64,000 nt of DNA from an uncultured virus (IMG/VR IMGVR_UViG_3300031134_000596). Taxonomy: Duplodnaviria > Heunggongvirae > Uroviricota > Caudoviricetes. The translations under genes were made by a program, and so were the position numbers. The DNA lies in IMG/VR virus record IMGVR_UViG_3300031134_000596; one strand, 5' to 3'. Below the pieces are notes generated by a model. It searched no databases. It was given only the letters and a program-made list of their open reading frames with translations, and was not told the origin of the DNA. Shown here piece by piece: positions 1 through 9,785 of this stretch. Every line of letters starts with the position of its first letter. The stretch's first letter is position 1.

Positions 1-656
1 AGTTCACCTGCTGCTGTTCGTGCGAAGCTAAAATTCTTTCCAGCGTAGACATCTGTGAAGCGGGCATCAGTTGAAGCAACACCTGGTGTGTTTCGTGCGG
101 TGTTGGTTCCGTCACCAAGCTGTCCAGCATCGTTGTTACCCCAGGACCAAAGGCGTCCTTCTCCGTCCAAGGCAAGAGTGAAGTCTGCACCTGCAGCAAT
201 TTTATTGTAACGTAAAGCTGCTGTCACCTGAGTGGGGGTGTAAGTAGGATTGGTTGTACCGTTACCAGATTGCCCGATGTCGTTAGGACCCCAGGTAAAG
301 ATGTGGCCGCTTTCGCTGGTCGCAACACTGTGGTCGTAAGGAGAGTCAATGCTGGAGATTTTCTCAGGCAGTTCAACTTTGTTCCAACCAGAGATGTTTA
401 CAGTCTGACCTGCAGTAATACCCAGCTGACCTTGACTGTTCCAGCCTCGTGAGTAGACGGTGCCGTCGCTGGCGATGACAGTTGCGAAAGTCTCACCAGC
501 GGATACCTCTGCGGCTTTGATGAAGTTCTGCTCTTCAGAGGCTTGCACGTTGGTAAGGTTCTGCGAAAGTACTAAAGCAGCACCTGTTACGAAAATCGCA
601 CCGATGGTGAGAAGCTTCTTCCCAGTAGTGGCTAAAGGCTTTGTTGTGGCATCCAT
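1..656 (-). CDS. Secreted RCC1/BLIP-II repeat beta-propeller protein (runs off the window start)
   Basis: Manual translation from ATG at 656: MDATTKPLATTGKKLLTIGAIFVTGAALVL (signal/TM), then SAGETFATVIASDGTVYSRGWNSQGQLG and further WG.N..GQ.G repeats. Confidence 0.85.
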   Translation of the reverse strand, partial: MDATTKPLATTGKKLLTIGAIFVTGAALVLSQNLTNVQASEEQNFIKAAEVSAGETFATVIASDGTVYSRGWNSQGQLGITAGQTVNISGWNKVELPEKISSIDSPYDHSVATSESGHIFTWGPNDIGQSGNGTTNPTYTPTQVTAALRYNKIAAGADFTLALDGEGRLWSWGNNDAGQLGDGTNTARNTPGVASTDARFTDVYAGKNFSFARTAAGE

Positions 657-660
657 GTTG

Positions 661-1275
661 TTACACTTCACTTTCTGCGAAGAACGATTTCATTTCTTCT
701 ACGCCGTTATGGTCGTTTCGTTCTTCAATACGACGGGTTGCTCGTTGTCTGGCTTTGCCAATGTGTTTGATGGAGCGTTGGTCCTGCGATAAGCGTCCAT
801 GCAGACCAAAAATGTAGACCAGTCCAAGGGCAAAAGCTGCAGAGAGAAGCAAGATGAGACCCAAAGGTGAGCTGGCGATGCTGAATAGGAACCCTACAGC
901 GGGGACGCTGAACTGCTCTTTGTAAGTTACATCTCGGATTTTGTAAGGGAACTCATCAGGAAGAGCCCGCTGGTCACTTTTCAACGAAATGTTATAATAC
1001 TGCTCATCATCTGTGCTGATTTCAAGCACTCGTCCAATGAGGTTACGCTGGGACTCACCAACACCGATGGTAACAATGTCGCCAGCTTTGATTTCTTTCT
1101 CAGGGGTGAGCTTGGAAACGATCAACGACCCGTTGCGTACGTCAGGTGACATAGCACTGGTAGCAACAGGAGCAACACGCCATTCAGTAAATGAGTTCAC
1201 CCCTTGAATGCCTGCCGCTAAGACGCTAAAGACAGCAACTACACCCAGTAGAGCTGCAACTAATTTTCGTTTCAC
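661..1275 (-). CDS. SipW/S26 signal peptidase-like membrane protein, possibly catalytically degenerate
   Basis: N-terminal TM, VATSAMSP..NGSLIV (cf. SGSMxP), IKAGDIVT, C-terminal VPAVGF plus TM; the THRV His position reads IGRV. Confidence 0.6.
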   Translation of the reverse strand: MKRKLVAALLGVVAVFSVLAAGIQGVNSFTEWRVAPVATSAMSPDVRNGSLIVSKLTPEKEIKAGDIVTIGVGESQRNLIGRVLEISTDDEQYYNISLKSDQRALPDEFPYKIRDVTYKEQFSVPAVGFLFSIASSPLGLILLLSAAFALGLVYIFGLHGRLSQDQRSIKHIGKARQRATRRIEERNDHNGVEEMKSFFAESEV

Positions 1276-1449
1276 TTTTTTCCTTACCCGAAATCCTGAA
1301 TGTTACTCTACCACAGGTTCGGGAAGAATGGAAGAACTTAAAGCTTTCATTCTAAAAAAGCATTTTCTGTAAAATAACAGATAAAAGGTTGACATTGCTG
1401 CGAATTGTGTTACCGTTATAGCATATACATACGTGAAAGGACAACATAA

Positions 1450-1641
1450 ATGCTAAGGCACCTGATTGGACGGGTACTTTTAGTCCTCGGTGTCGCCTTT
1501 TTCATCGCTGTTGTTTCACCAATCATTTTGACATCGCAAGCTGCGTTGATTATTCTGTCCGCAGCTCTGATTACTTTGTCAATCTCACTATTCACAGCAT
1601 TGATCGTGTCAAAAGAAGAAAAGGTGGTCCCTCATGCCTGA
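1450..1641 (+). CDS. Small membrane protein
   Basis: Two hydrophobic helices, SD GAAAGG, upstream TTGACA promoter. Confidence 0.6.
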   Translation: MLRHLIGRVLLVLGVAFFIAVVSPIILTSQAALIILSAALITLSISLFTALIVSKEEKVVPHA

Positions 1642-1840
1642 GCAGAACAACTGGAAGTTCAAGTATGTCGCCTGGTCCCGTAGATTAGTGTTTGACAGGA
1701 TGATCGGTTTCCTCTTCTTCGCCATCGGAATCCTTTTCTCAGCTCCTTTGCTGATTTGGTCCGGTTCAGTATTCTTCCTTCTTGCAGCAATCGATGCTCA
1801 TTATAAGAACAAAGCCGAAAAGCAAATCGAAATCGACTAA
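1634..1840 (+). CDS. Small membrane protein
   Basis: Overlaps the upstream gene; two TM segments. Confidence 0.6.
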   Translation: MPEQNNWKFKYVAWSRRLVFDRMIGFLFFAIGILFSAPLLIWSGSVFFLLAAIDAHYKNKAEKQIEID

Positions 1841-2442
1841 CTCATTCCGTACAGGTCTTCAACCAGATGGAATGGCAGCTGAATAGTTGTCGATAAGTCC
1901 TGCACAGGAACACCAAGGCGAATATACTTCAACGCATCCTGGTATTTGAAGTTAGGGTTACGTGCTTGGAGGTCTTCCAGAACTTCTAACCAAATCTCTG
2001 CATCTTCGGATATGCCGGCAGCAACCAGGAACGCTATTTCTGTGAAGCTGTACTGACGTACCAGGCTGTTCATTATGTCAATATCAACATCCCGGAACAT
2101 CTCAGCCTTATCTAAGTACTCATCATCTGCAGTTGTGACGTACCCTTTTCTGAGCAGAATGTCAGCACGCCAGTTTTGGCTGTTTGATTGAGTCAACTGG
2201 GTGTAATCTTCTGCAATTTTGGACAGAAGAATGTTCAGAAGCATCAGGTCCCGAGATTCAGGGTAAGGGTTGAAAGAAGCTTTCGTAAGCCCTGAGGAGG
2301 GGAGAACCCAACCTAACCCAACTCGAAGGGCATCAATTCCTTTTTCAGTGTTCGGTGGCAGCACGGTAGTAAACGTGAAGCTATTTTCCAGCTCTTGCCT
2401 TTGTAGGAAGCCATCCAGCTCCAACATTATCCATTCGTTCAT
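1837..2442 (-). CDS. Hypothetical protein
   Basis: 201-aa ORF coupled (ATGA overlap) to the upstream gene. Confidence 0.6.
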   Translation of the reverse strand: MNEWIMLELDGFLQRQELENSFTFTTVLPPNTEKGIDALRVGLGWVLPSSGLTKASFNPYPESRDLMLLNILLSKIAEDYTQLTQSNSQNWRADILLRKGYVTTADDEYLDKAEMFRDVDIDIMNSLVRQYSFTEIAFLVAAGISEDAEIWLEVLEDLQARNPNFKYQDALKYIRLGVPVQDLSTTIQLPFHLVEDLYGMS

Positions 2443-2939
2443 GAAACAACCTCTACTTTTGTTACACGAGGATAAGTTTGAGAAATGGGGATGCTGACTC
2501 CTGTTGATTCAAACTTGTAGCTTTGACCAACAGTAAGGTTCGCTGCAGGTGAACCTCCTTGAAGAGCTTCCGTGTCCCACTCAAAACGACCGCAGTCAGT
2601 TTCGAAGAAGTTGGTGGTGTTCGTCCGTGTAACAGTGCAGGTTTCTGAACGTTCGAAGTATTTTCCTGATAGCAGGTCAGGAATGGTTTGAGGATTCACA
2701 AACAGGTAAAATCCAAGGCTTACTGCAATGAGGATGACAAATCCAGTGGCAACCCGGCGCAGGTTCAATGCACCTTTCTGAGTTTGACCTGCAAGTTTTC
2801 TACGTTTGCGTTTTGTCGTCATACGCTTAGGAGCTTGAATAGGAGCTCTCACTTTATTTCCAGCAGATCGAGTTGGAGTCTTAGAAAAAGATGGAGGCGC
2901 TTGAATAGGAGCTCGGGACTCACTTCTTTCATCAGGCAT
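2439..2939 (-). CDS. Single-pass membrane protein
   Basis: Basic N-terminus with RAPIQAP twice, one TM, Cys pair in the C-terminal domain. Confidence 0.65.
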   Translation of the reverse strand: MPDERSESRAPIQAPPSFSKTPTRSAGNKVRAPIQAPKRMTTKRKRRKLAGQTQKGALNLRRVATGFVILIAVSLGFYLFVNPQTIPDLLSGKYFERSETCTVTRTNTTNFFETDCGRFEWDTEALQGGSPAANLTVGQSYKFESTGVSIPISQTYPRVTKVEVVS

Positions 2940-3053
2940 GATTTTCCATTCGGGTTACTTTCTACACGTTTAATATCGGAACACTGAGGGTTGACTTTGC
3001 TATACCCGTCTGGTAAGCTTCTGATAAGTCTATTTACACGAAGAGGATCGTTC

Positions 3054-3536
3054 ATGACATTGCTTGTCAGCCAGATCGAGTCGACTAAAGGCTCCGTAAC
3101 ATTTCCGTTTGTCCAAGAGTTTGTAACAACTTTGTATTACGGAAACATTTTGAAACCTGTGCTTGAAACCACAGGCACTTCATACACATCAGATATTTCT
3201 GCTGTCGAGGGTGAAGCTGTAGAAACTTTGGTTATTACGTTCAACTCTGTTGAGCAAGTTTTTTCTTACTTGCTGTTCGAACAGCGTTACGTCATTGCGG
3301 AGATGCTCAAAGAAACTGCAGCTCTGGAGCAGCAGAAAATCCGCAAGCCTGGAAGCTTCAAAAAGGTTCCCGTTCCTACAACACCTGCTGATGAAATTAT
3401 CAGACGCATTAGCAGGTCTTACTCGAATGTGATGGCATTAGTTAGTGACACCACCCAGAAAGAACGGTTCGCTGTTGAAGATGCAGTGGTAGCAGATTAT
3501 TTGGCTCTTACCCACAGTGAATCAACTGCTCAGTGA
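3054..3536 (+). CDS. Hypothetical protein
   Basis: ATG at 3054 with SD GAGG. Confidence 0.6.
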   Translation: MTLLVSQIESTKGSVTFPFVQEFVTTLYYGNILKPVLETTGTSYTSDISAVEGEAVETLVITFNSVEQVFSYLLFEQRYVIAEMLKETAALEQQKIRKPGSFKKVPVPTTPADEIIRRISRSYSNVMALVSDTTQKERFAVEDAVVADYLALTHSESTAQ

Positions 3537-3569
3537 CATGCTGAAGTCCAATAGAGAATACAAATCAGC

Positions 3570-4448
3570 ATGCAAGAAAGGCATTCGACCGTGAAAACAG
3601 TCCATCTTATCTCCCACCAGAATTGGCATCGGGATGAACTGGCGACTTCTGGTGAATGGGCTGTCGATTATTCGCATGGTTTAGATGTCCCTGCTTATGA
3701 GCAGAAGGATGCATGGTGGCTTCCTCAAGCTCAAGCTGTTCAGTTGCTGCGAGCGGTCGAACATCATGGTCTTCCTGAACTCACGTTCACCGCACCAGCT
3801 CCTTACCTTCTGGATACTGTCCCTTCAGAGCTTTTGGGTCGCAGAGTAGAAACGATGACAGCTGAAGAAGCTGTATCAACTCTTTTCGAATGGCCTACTT
3901 TGTGGTGGAAAATGGCTACCGCCAAAAACGACCTGTTCCTGGCTAAAGAACGAGACCATGCCGAACTTTTGAACTTAGTCCAAGTCTTGGAACTTCCTAC
4001 TACGGCAATTCTTCAGTCTTCAACAGCTTTGCCGGAAATCATTTCAGAGTACCGCTTCTTCGTTGCAAAGAAGAAGCATGAGTATCTCATTCTGGCATCC
4101 AGTGGGTACCTCCACAAAGGGGTCAGCGTGTATGACGGAGCTGTGTTTGACGAAAAAGAGGAGGAGAAGGCTGCGGAAGTTGTAGAACAGCTTTTTGACG
4201 CAGACATCGACCTTCCACCTTCCTTTGTTGTGGATGTTGCTGTCACTGTTGACGGAGCCTTCATTCTTGAGTTCAACCCGTCCTGGTGTTCAGGGTGGTA
4301 CGAATGTGAAATTGATGGGGTTCTCACTACCATTGAACGAGGTTTCAGAGTAACTCCTCGTGAGTACAAAGCTTGGGCTTATCATCCTGACCCTGTGCTA
4401 TTGCAGAAGTTCGCTAACTCTGGGAGGCGAATATGGGGAACCAGTTGA
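3570..4448 (+). CDS. ATP-grasp domain protein (R2K/DUF4343-like)
   Basis: EYRFFV ... FVVDVA ... ILEFNPSWCSGWY motifs. Confidence 0.75.
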   Translation: MQERHSTVKTVHLISHQNWHRDELATSGEWAVDYSHGLDVPAYEQKDAWWLPQAQAVQLLRAVEHHGLPELTFTAPAPYLLDTVPSELLGRRVETMTAEEAVSTLFEWPTLWWKMATAKNDLFLAKERDHAELLNLVQVLELPTTAILQSSTALPEIISEYRFFVAKKKHEYLILASSGYLHKGVSVYDGAVFDEKEEEKAAEVVEQLFDADIDLPPSFVVDVAVTVDGAFILEFNPSWCSGWYECEIDGVLTTIERGFRVTPREYKAWAYHPDPVLLQKFANSGRRIWGTS

Positions 4449-4524
4449 CTTTTTAGAACACCTCGTGATATGTTTAGTGGACCGAAGCAGGAGAGCTTCG
4501 GTCCACTAAACATTTGGAGAGAAA

Positions 4525-5019
4525 ATGACTACTGCAACGCTGATTACTCTTCCTGCCTCTGGAGACAAGGCTGTCCAGAGCGACTACAAGGTGAAGAGCT
4601 ACACCCCTCGACAGGGACGTGACACTGAACAGTTCACTGCGAGCATCTACCGTGGCACGAAGAAGGTTGCCATCGTGGAGAATGAAGGTTCTGGTGGAGC
4701 TCACTGGTTCAGCTTTGTCAGCACGGAAGAGGCTCGACTTTGGGATGAGTATGTTGCTCAGTATGACTGGACTGAGGTCATTGAGACTGCGGACTACAGC
4801 TTCACTCTTCACTTCGACAAGGATGCTGTGTTTGACCGTCTCGCCAACGAGGTTATCGCTGCACGCTGGCTGAACAAGATGGAGCGAACTCATCAGAAGT
4901 TCGTCATTGTCAAGGACCTTGAGGATGTCAAGAAGAATGTCTTCCTGATTGCGGGAATTCTTGATTCCGGAGATTTTGTGTGGAACGGTTCTGGTTGGGA
5001 CCTTCACCAGGAGGCGTAA
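4525..5019 (+). CDS. Hypothetical phage-like protein
   Basis: SD GGAGAG, upstream TTGACT promoter, VENEGSGG motif, downstream terminator. Confidence 0.7.
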   Translation: MTTATLITLPASGDKAVQSDYKVKSYTPRQGRDTEQFTASIYRGTKKVAIVENEGSGGAHWFSFVSTEEARLWDEYVAQYDWTEVIETADYSFTLHFDKDAVFDRLANEVIAARWLNKMERTHQKFVIVKDLEDVKKNVFLIAGILDSGDFVWNGSGWDLHQEA

Positions 5020-5025
5020 CCAACT

Positions 5026-5064
5026 AAGAAGGGCTGCAACCGTCATGGTTGCAGCCCTTCTTTT
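5026..5064. terminator. Bidirectional intrinsic terminator
   Basis: 16-bp inverted repeat AAGAAGGGCTGCAACC/GGTTGCAGCCCTTCTT between convergent genes. Confidence 0.8.
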
Positions 5065-5073
5065 AACACTAAC

Positions 5074-5724
5074 TTATGAAGCGTCTTTACTTTTTGCTTC
5101 TTCTGCGGCTTTCTTCACTCGTGCAGTAGCAGTACTAACGCTTTCAGATGCGTCTTCCTTCGCAGCTGTGGCTTTGCTCTGTACTGTGCGAGTTGTTTTC
5201 TTGGAAACGAATTTTCCATCAGAGACAGCATTATCAGCTGTTTTCTCTGCTTTTTCCTTTACCTGACCTACAACATCTTTAGCATCCTCTTTTGCCGACT
5301 CGACTGTTGTAGGGGTTCTATCAGAAGCTTCTTTTACTGCATCTTCTGTTTTGTCTTTGACATCAGCGACTTTGCTTTTCACTGCGTCAGCAGCTTTGCT
5401 GGTTGCTTTCTTAGCTTCTTCAACTGTTTTGTCACTGTCTTTACTGTCGACCTTAGCTGAAACCTTTTCTACTTTGTTTTCAACAACGTCTTTCACATCA
5501 GCAGCAGTCTCTTTAGACTTTTCGACCAAATCCCGTACAGCAGTTTTTCCTTTGCTTGAGGCACCGAAGATGACATCCTTATAGTCCTCAGGATTACGCG
5601 GGTCTTTATTCTGCTTCTTTACTAAAGCGGACAGACCAGCAACAGCACCGGCACCAGCGGCTACGCCAACTACTGTCCAGGAGATGATTGGATGTACTTT
5701 GAAGGATTTGGCTAATGTTTTCAT
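5074..5724 (-). CDS. Membrane-anchored low-complexity A/K/D/E helical-repeat protein (YtxH/LEA-like)
   Basis: N-terminal TM then repeats such as AADVKD and AKEDA. Confidence 0.7.
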   Translation of the reverse strand: MKTLAKSFKVHPIISWTVVGVAAGAGAVAGLSALVKKQNKDPRNPEDYKDVIFGASSKGKTAVRDLVEKSKETAADVKDVVENKVEKVSAKVDSKDSDKTVEEAKKATSKAADAVKSKVADVKDKTEDAVKEASDRTPTTVESAKEDAKDVVGQVKEKAEKTADNAVSDGKFVSKKTTRTVQSKATAAKEDASESVSTATARVKKAAEEAKSKDAS

Positions 5725-5852
5725 GAAACTAGGTATCGGTCACTTTTTCCAACATCCTATGTTTCTTTCAGGATTTGTACAGGAAAGCATGTAAAAGCCC
5801 TCTGGTTGAGAGAAAACCAGAGGGCTTAGCCTCCCCGTTGAGGCTGAAGAAG

Positions 5853-6119
5853 TTACTGTTTGACGAAACCATCTTCTATCTTGACTACATCCCCTACTTG
5901 GAGATAAGTGCATGCAGAAGCTTCAGCATAACCTTTTACCGGTACACCATCTTTAGCTTCTGCTGTAACCAGACAGTCTCGATTGTCAATGTCACTGTTT
6001 TCGTTGATAACTCTGTGAGCTTCAACGACATGTAGCTCCTGGTTGCTGAACCATACGAAGAGGGCTATCCAGATGACTGCAATTACAGCCAGAATGACCA
6101 CGATGGCTCTTTTAGGCAT
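5853..6119 (-). CDS. Small membrane-anchored protein
   Basis: N-terminal TM, two Cys, LQVGDVV. Confidence 0.6.
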   Translation of the reverse strand: MPKRAIVVILAVIAVIWIALFVWFSNQELHVVEAHRVINENSDIDNRDCLVTAEAKDGVPVKGYAEASACTYLQVGDVVKIEDGFVKQ

Positions 6120-6122
6120 GGT

Positions 6123-6683
6123 TTAGCTCACTGACTCTAAAAACTGAACCATATCTTTTTGAATGTCGGCAACTTGACGGTCACCGTCAAACAGAACACT
6201 TTGACCAGTTTTAGAGTAATGATTCAACACTGGGTCCATGGTTCGAGTGTAGATATTCATACGCTCTTGAATTACTTCCTGGGTATCATCTGCTCGACCA
6301 CCGCTTTTTGCCCGGTTGAGAAGACGTTCAACACATGCAGTCTCAGCTACCTCAATGTTGAGAACATAATCAATTCTGATGCTCTCGTCTTGAAGGAAAT
6401 GCACCTGATTCAGAGTACGAGGATACCCGTCAAGAATGAAGCCATTGCTACAGTCGGCTTCCTGTAGCCGCTCTTTTACAACCTGGTTGGTGATGTCATC
6501 AGAAGTGTACTGCCCAGCTTTCATCGATTCTGTGATGATTTTGCCTAAAGGCGTCTGACGCTCCACGTGGTCACGGAAGATGTCTCCTGTAGAAATATGG
6601 GGAATGTTGAAATGTCCAGCCAACAGCTTAGCCTGGGTACCTTTCCCCGAACCTGGTCTCCCAGCGAAGATGAGGTTGTACAT
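6123..6683 (-). CDS. adk: Adenylate kinase (short LID)
   Basis: GRPGSGKGTQA P-loop, HISTGDIFR, GFILDGYPRT, RADD. Confidence 0.95.
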   Translation of the reverse strand: MYNLIFAGRPGSGKGTQAKLLAGHFNIPHISTGDIFRDHVERQTPLGKIITESMKAGQYTSDDITNQVVKERLQEADCSNGFILDGYPRTLNQVHFLQDESIRIDYVLNIEVAETACVERLLNRAKSGGRADDTQEVIQERMNIYTRTMDPVLNHYSKTGQSVLFDGDRQVADIQKDMVQFLESVS

Positions 6684-6695
6684 TACAGCAGCTCC

Positions 6696-7235
6696 TTAGT
6701 CGTTTTTCAACCAGTCAGGAGTTCTCAGCCATTCAGGAATAGCATCTTCCTTGCGTGGGAACTCTTCAATATCCTCTTTGTAGTCTACCACATTCCAAGG
6801 AGAGTTATAGCTTTCAGTCTCGACTTCAGGAGCGATGTACCACTCTTCTGGCGTAGCCCCACTGTAAATCTGTTTGTCGTAATTGTAAGAAGTCTGAGTG
6901 ATGAAACCATCCGCTGCAGTGGTGAACTGAACGGAGAACCATGCCCCTTTTTCTGCGGAGAACTGCTGAGTTTTCAGTTTGTAGAGTTCGTAGATGCTTT
7001 CAGGAGTAATCTCACCAAAACGGAACTTGCCATCTTTGCCTTCAATGATACTGCTGACGAACACGCCATTTTTGACTACAGATACAAGAACATGAGCTCG
7101 TTCGTCAGTGGAGGTGAGAACTTTGAGAAGCTGAGCCTGAATGTCAGCTCGGATAACACCAAGCAGAGTCAAGGCATCAGCAGGGACACTTTCAACTGAG
7201 AAAGTAACTTCGGGGGTGGGATTGTTTTCAGTCAT
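6696..7235 (-). CDS. Putative toxin-immunity protein (YezG/DUF600-like, actinobacterial type)
   Basis: GAWFSVQF ... SYNYD ... DIEEFPR ... IPEWL pattern. Confidence 0.55.
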   Translation of the reverse strand: MTENNPTPEVTFSVESVPADALTLLGVIRADIQAQLLKVLTSTDERAHVLVSVVKNGVFVSSIIEGKDGKFRFGEITPESIYELYKLKTQQFSAEKGAWFSVQFTTAADGFITQTSYNYDKQIYSGATPEEWYIAPEVETESYNSPWNVVDYKEDIEEFPRKEDAIPEWLRTPDWLKND

Positions 7236-7304
7236 GTAAGGCATATCGGTTCTTACGACCGATAGAGGACATATACCAGTTACGCAATAAAGAACAGGAT
7301 TCAC

Positions 7305-7613
7305 ATGACTGACGCAGCACCTGATTATGACATTGACAGCATCTTAGAAGCAGTTGACGAGACTGGACTTCTTTTCGCCGGCACCGGGGAGCTTGAACTC
7401 CTCAAAGAATCCGTTGGTAGTGTCATTGTCGTTGACACCATCATGTTTGCTTACACACAACTCAGTGACCGAGTAGTAGCAAACGGTAAACCTCGCAGAT
7501 ATCGTTTCCGTTCTCGCCTTGTGAGTTCTCTCTACACTGAGAAGAACACCAGAGGTCGCTTCGTCTTTGAAGACGGAACAGTAGTCTACTACGACCGTAG
7601 CGTCCTGGACTAA
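7305..7613 (+). CDS. Hypothetical protein
   Basis: ORF with SD AGGA. Confidence 0.55.
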   Translation: MTDAAPDYDIDSILEAVDETGLLFAGTGELELLKESVGSVIVVDTIMFAYTQLSDRVVANGKPRRYRFRSRLVSSLYTEKNTRGRFVFEDGTVVYYDRSVLD

Positions 7614-7792
7614 GAAAGTTCGTTCAGCTTTCGCTCAATCTCTTTTGCCTGGGCTTTAGTCGTCTTCCTATCTGAAGCGGACACGTGGTTAGACTCTTCC
7701 TGGGCATCATCTTTCGCGGGAGATGGTTTTACTAATAAGGTGATTGTCACGCCTGCTACAGCCAGCATGCCTACAATAATCAAGTTGAACAT
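7610..7792 (-). CDS. Small membrane-anchored protein
   Basis: N-terminal TM, SD GAAGGA. Confidence 0.6.
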   Translation of the reverse strand: MFNLIIVGMLAVAGVTITLLVKPSPAKDDAQEESNHVSASDRKTTKAQAKEIERKLNELS

Positions 7793-7826
7793 TTTTTCCT
7801 TTCTCCGTCCAGTGTAACCCAGATGT

Positions 7827-8135
7827 TTAGTCTAAGAAGAAAAACACTGTCGGGTACAGTGTCAAAATAATCATGTGCAGCACTGTCAAAATGAGTAGGA
7901 CCAACTTATGGTTAGTTGGCTGGTTATCTGAAGAACGTCGGACTGCACTGATAGCAAACAGAAGACCTGTGCTGTGAATAACAAGAACTGTTATCATTAC
8001 TCCCCAGGAACGGATATAATCTAAATCTATGTCCCCTTTTGACGCGGAATTGATAAACAGTAGAAGCATGAGTACAAACAAAGCTCCTGATGCAATAGCA
8101 TTTCTGCTGTAAGTCTGTTGGAAAAAGCTTTTCAT
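7827..8135 (-). CDS. Membrane protein (3 TM)
   Basis: Hydrophobic ORF in an operon. Confidence 0.6.
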   Translation of the reverse strand: MKSFFQQTYSRNAIASGALFVLMLLLFINSASKGDIDLDYIRSWGVMITVLVIHSTGLLFAISAVRRSSDNQPTNHKLVLLILTVLHMIILTLYPTVFFFLD

Positions 8136-8623
8136 CCTAAGCTCTCCAGTTGTAAGGTCACGAAGATTACAATGGAGTAAGCAATAACAAGAAGCTGAAC
8201 AGAACCCAAGATCATGCTTGCCGCAAACGTCATCACTAACGCTTTGCGGTCAGGGTCAGAAACTTCTACAACTTGATGGTCCAATGATGTATCGTAAGTT
8301 TTTGTTTTGTACGCCTTGATGCTCTTGCTACTCTTCATCAACTTCTGCTGGAGAAGTAAACCTTTAGTTGACAAAGCCATCCCCAGAAGGATCAGAATAG
8401 ATACAAAGACAGTCCCTGGTAGGTCTTCCTCAGTCACGTATAAGCGGACAACAGCTAAAGGGAGAATTACCAGTACAGCTCCGAGTAGAGAAAAAGCTAA
8501 CTCGTTGGGCTGCGATTCCACTTCTTCGTTCAGGTGAAGAGTCTGATTTGTTGGATCGGACGACGAAACATCAGCACTTGTGTAGTACACAGGTGCTGAT
8601 TCGTTATCGTTCGTCTGGTCCAT
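8132..8623 (-). CDS. Membrane protein (3 TM)
   Basis: Hydrophobic ORF in an operon. Confidence 0.6.
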   Translation of the reverse strand: MDQTNDNESAPVYYTSADVSSSDPTNQTLHLNEEVESQPNELAFSLLGAVLVILPLAVVRLYVTEEDLPGTVFVSILILLGMALSTKGLLLQQKLMKSSKSIKAYKTKTYDTSLDHQVVEVSDPDRKALVMTFAASMILGSVQLLVIAYSIVIFVTLQLESLG

Positions 8624-8628
8624 ATGTT

Positions 8629-8910
8629 TTAGAACAGCTGTACAGACCCGAGAATTTCAGCTGCTTGGGTGAAACTCCACCAACCTGCAGCCAGCATGCT
8701 TGTTCCAATGATGAGAAGAAGCCCAAAAGTAGGCTTACGACGTTCTCTGATGAAATCATCCACTTTTACAGTACCTACGTTAGGCAGGAACAATGTTGGG
8801 GCGAAAAGTAAAGAGCCTGCGGCAAGAAACAAAGCCACCACACCTAAAAGCAGGTAAGGAATCATAGGCATAAGCTGACCTAAGCTGGCAAAATCTAATG
8901 TGTTGTTCAT
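8629..8910 (-). CDS. Membrane protein (2 TM)
   Basis: Hydrophobic ORF in an operon. Confidence 0.6.
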   Translation of the reverse strand: MNNTLDFASLGQLMPMIPYLLLGVVALFLAAGSLLFAPTLFLPNVGTVKVDDFIRERRKPTFGLLLIIGTSMLAAGWWSFTQAAEILGSVQLF

Positions 8911-8955
8911 GAACTATTTTCTCTCGTGTTAAAGAAGTATCTGTTCGAGGGTAGC

Positions 8956-9324
8956 TTAATTTCCAATTCCAGCCCCGTAAAGGAGGGTTGAAATCACTGG
9001 AGCTGAACTCATGACTACTCCGAAAGATACAATTCCAACCATCGTCCATTTTTCCCAAGCCGGCTGGAAACCAGTCTTCTTGATTTGGAATGCTGCCGTT
9101 ATGGTGCCAGTAAGAGAGAAAATAGCACTGAAAAGCCATGAAGTAAGGCTGTTCATATACCGCAGTGTTTCCAGGTTGTCAAAGGAAGCAATGAATGCTG
9201 GCAGACCTAACAGCACGAACACAGCACAGAAAGGAATAAGCCAAACCCTGTTTCGGTAAGGAGAAACAGGAAGCACATATTGTCTGTTCATCTGGTTCGG
9301 GTCAAAGTTGTTTGTCTCGCTCAT
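8956..9324 (-). CDS. Membrane protein (3 TM)
   Basis: Hydrophobic ORF coupled to the upstream gene. Confidence 0.6.
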   Translation of the reverse strand: MSETNNFDPNQMNRQYVLPVSPYRNRVWLIPFCAVFVLLGLPAFIASFDNLETLRYMNSLTSWLFSAIFSLTGTITAAFQIKKTGFQPAWEKWTMVGIVSFGVVMSSAPVISTLLYGAGIGN

Positions 9325-9737
9325 CAGATACCTCCGACTGTCAAGTAGCCTAAGAAAATTACTAATGGTGCCAACACATTAACCGTACATAAAGGCACGA
9401 TTACCCACAGATTAGGTTTCATGACGTAAGGGTTGTACCTCATGTCACCAGTGACTCCGCTATACCGGAGAACAATCTCTTGGTATCTCTTCCTTAGAAG
9501 TTCAATACTGAGCGACACAACTGTCATGGACAAAGAGAGGAACGCGAAAAGGATGATGGCGAGAACAGCCAGGAAGCCTTCAACTGGAGCGTTACTGGGG
9601 AAACCGAAAACTCCGAAGAATATGATAATGCTGAATGCAGAGAAAACAGCAGCAACAACAGCTAACGACAATGAAGAGATGCGTGAAGGCGGATTCTTGG
9701 GAGGCAGCATCAACGCTGATTGGGAAGGCATGCTCAT
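9324..9737 (-). CDS. Membrane protein (3 TM)
   Basis: Hydrophobic ORF; CCGATA 9 nt before ATG. Confidence 0.6.
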   Translation of the reverse strand: MSMPSQSALMLPPKNPPSRISSLSLAVVAAVFSAFSIIIFFGVFGFPSNAPVEGFLAVLAIILFAFLSLSMTVVSLSIELLRKRYQEIVLRYSGVTGDMRYNPYVMKPNLWVIVPLCTVNVLAPLVIFLGYLTVGGI

Positions 9738-9785
9738 AATGAAGAATATCGGGTCACGGCAACTTTTGGTATAGAATCACTGCTT

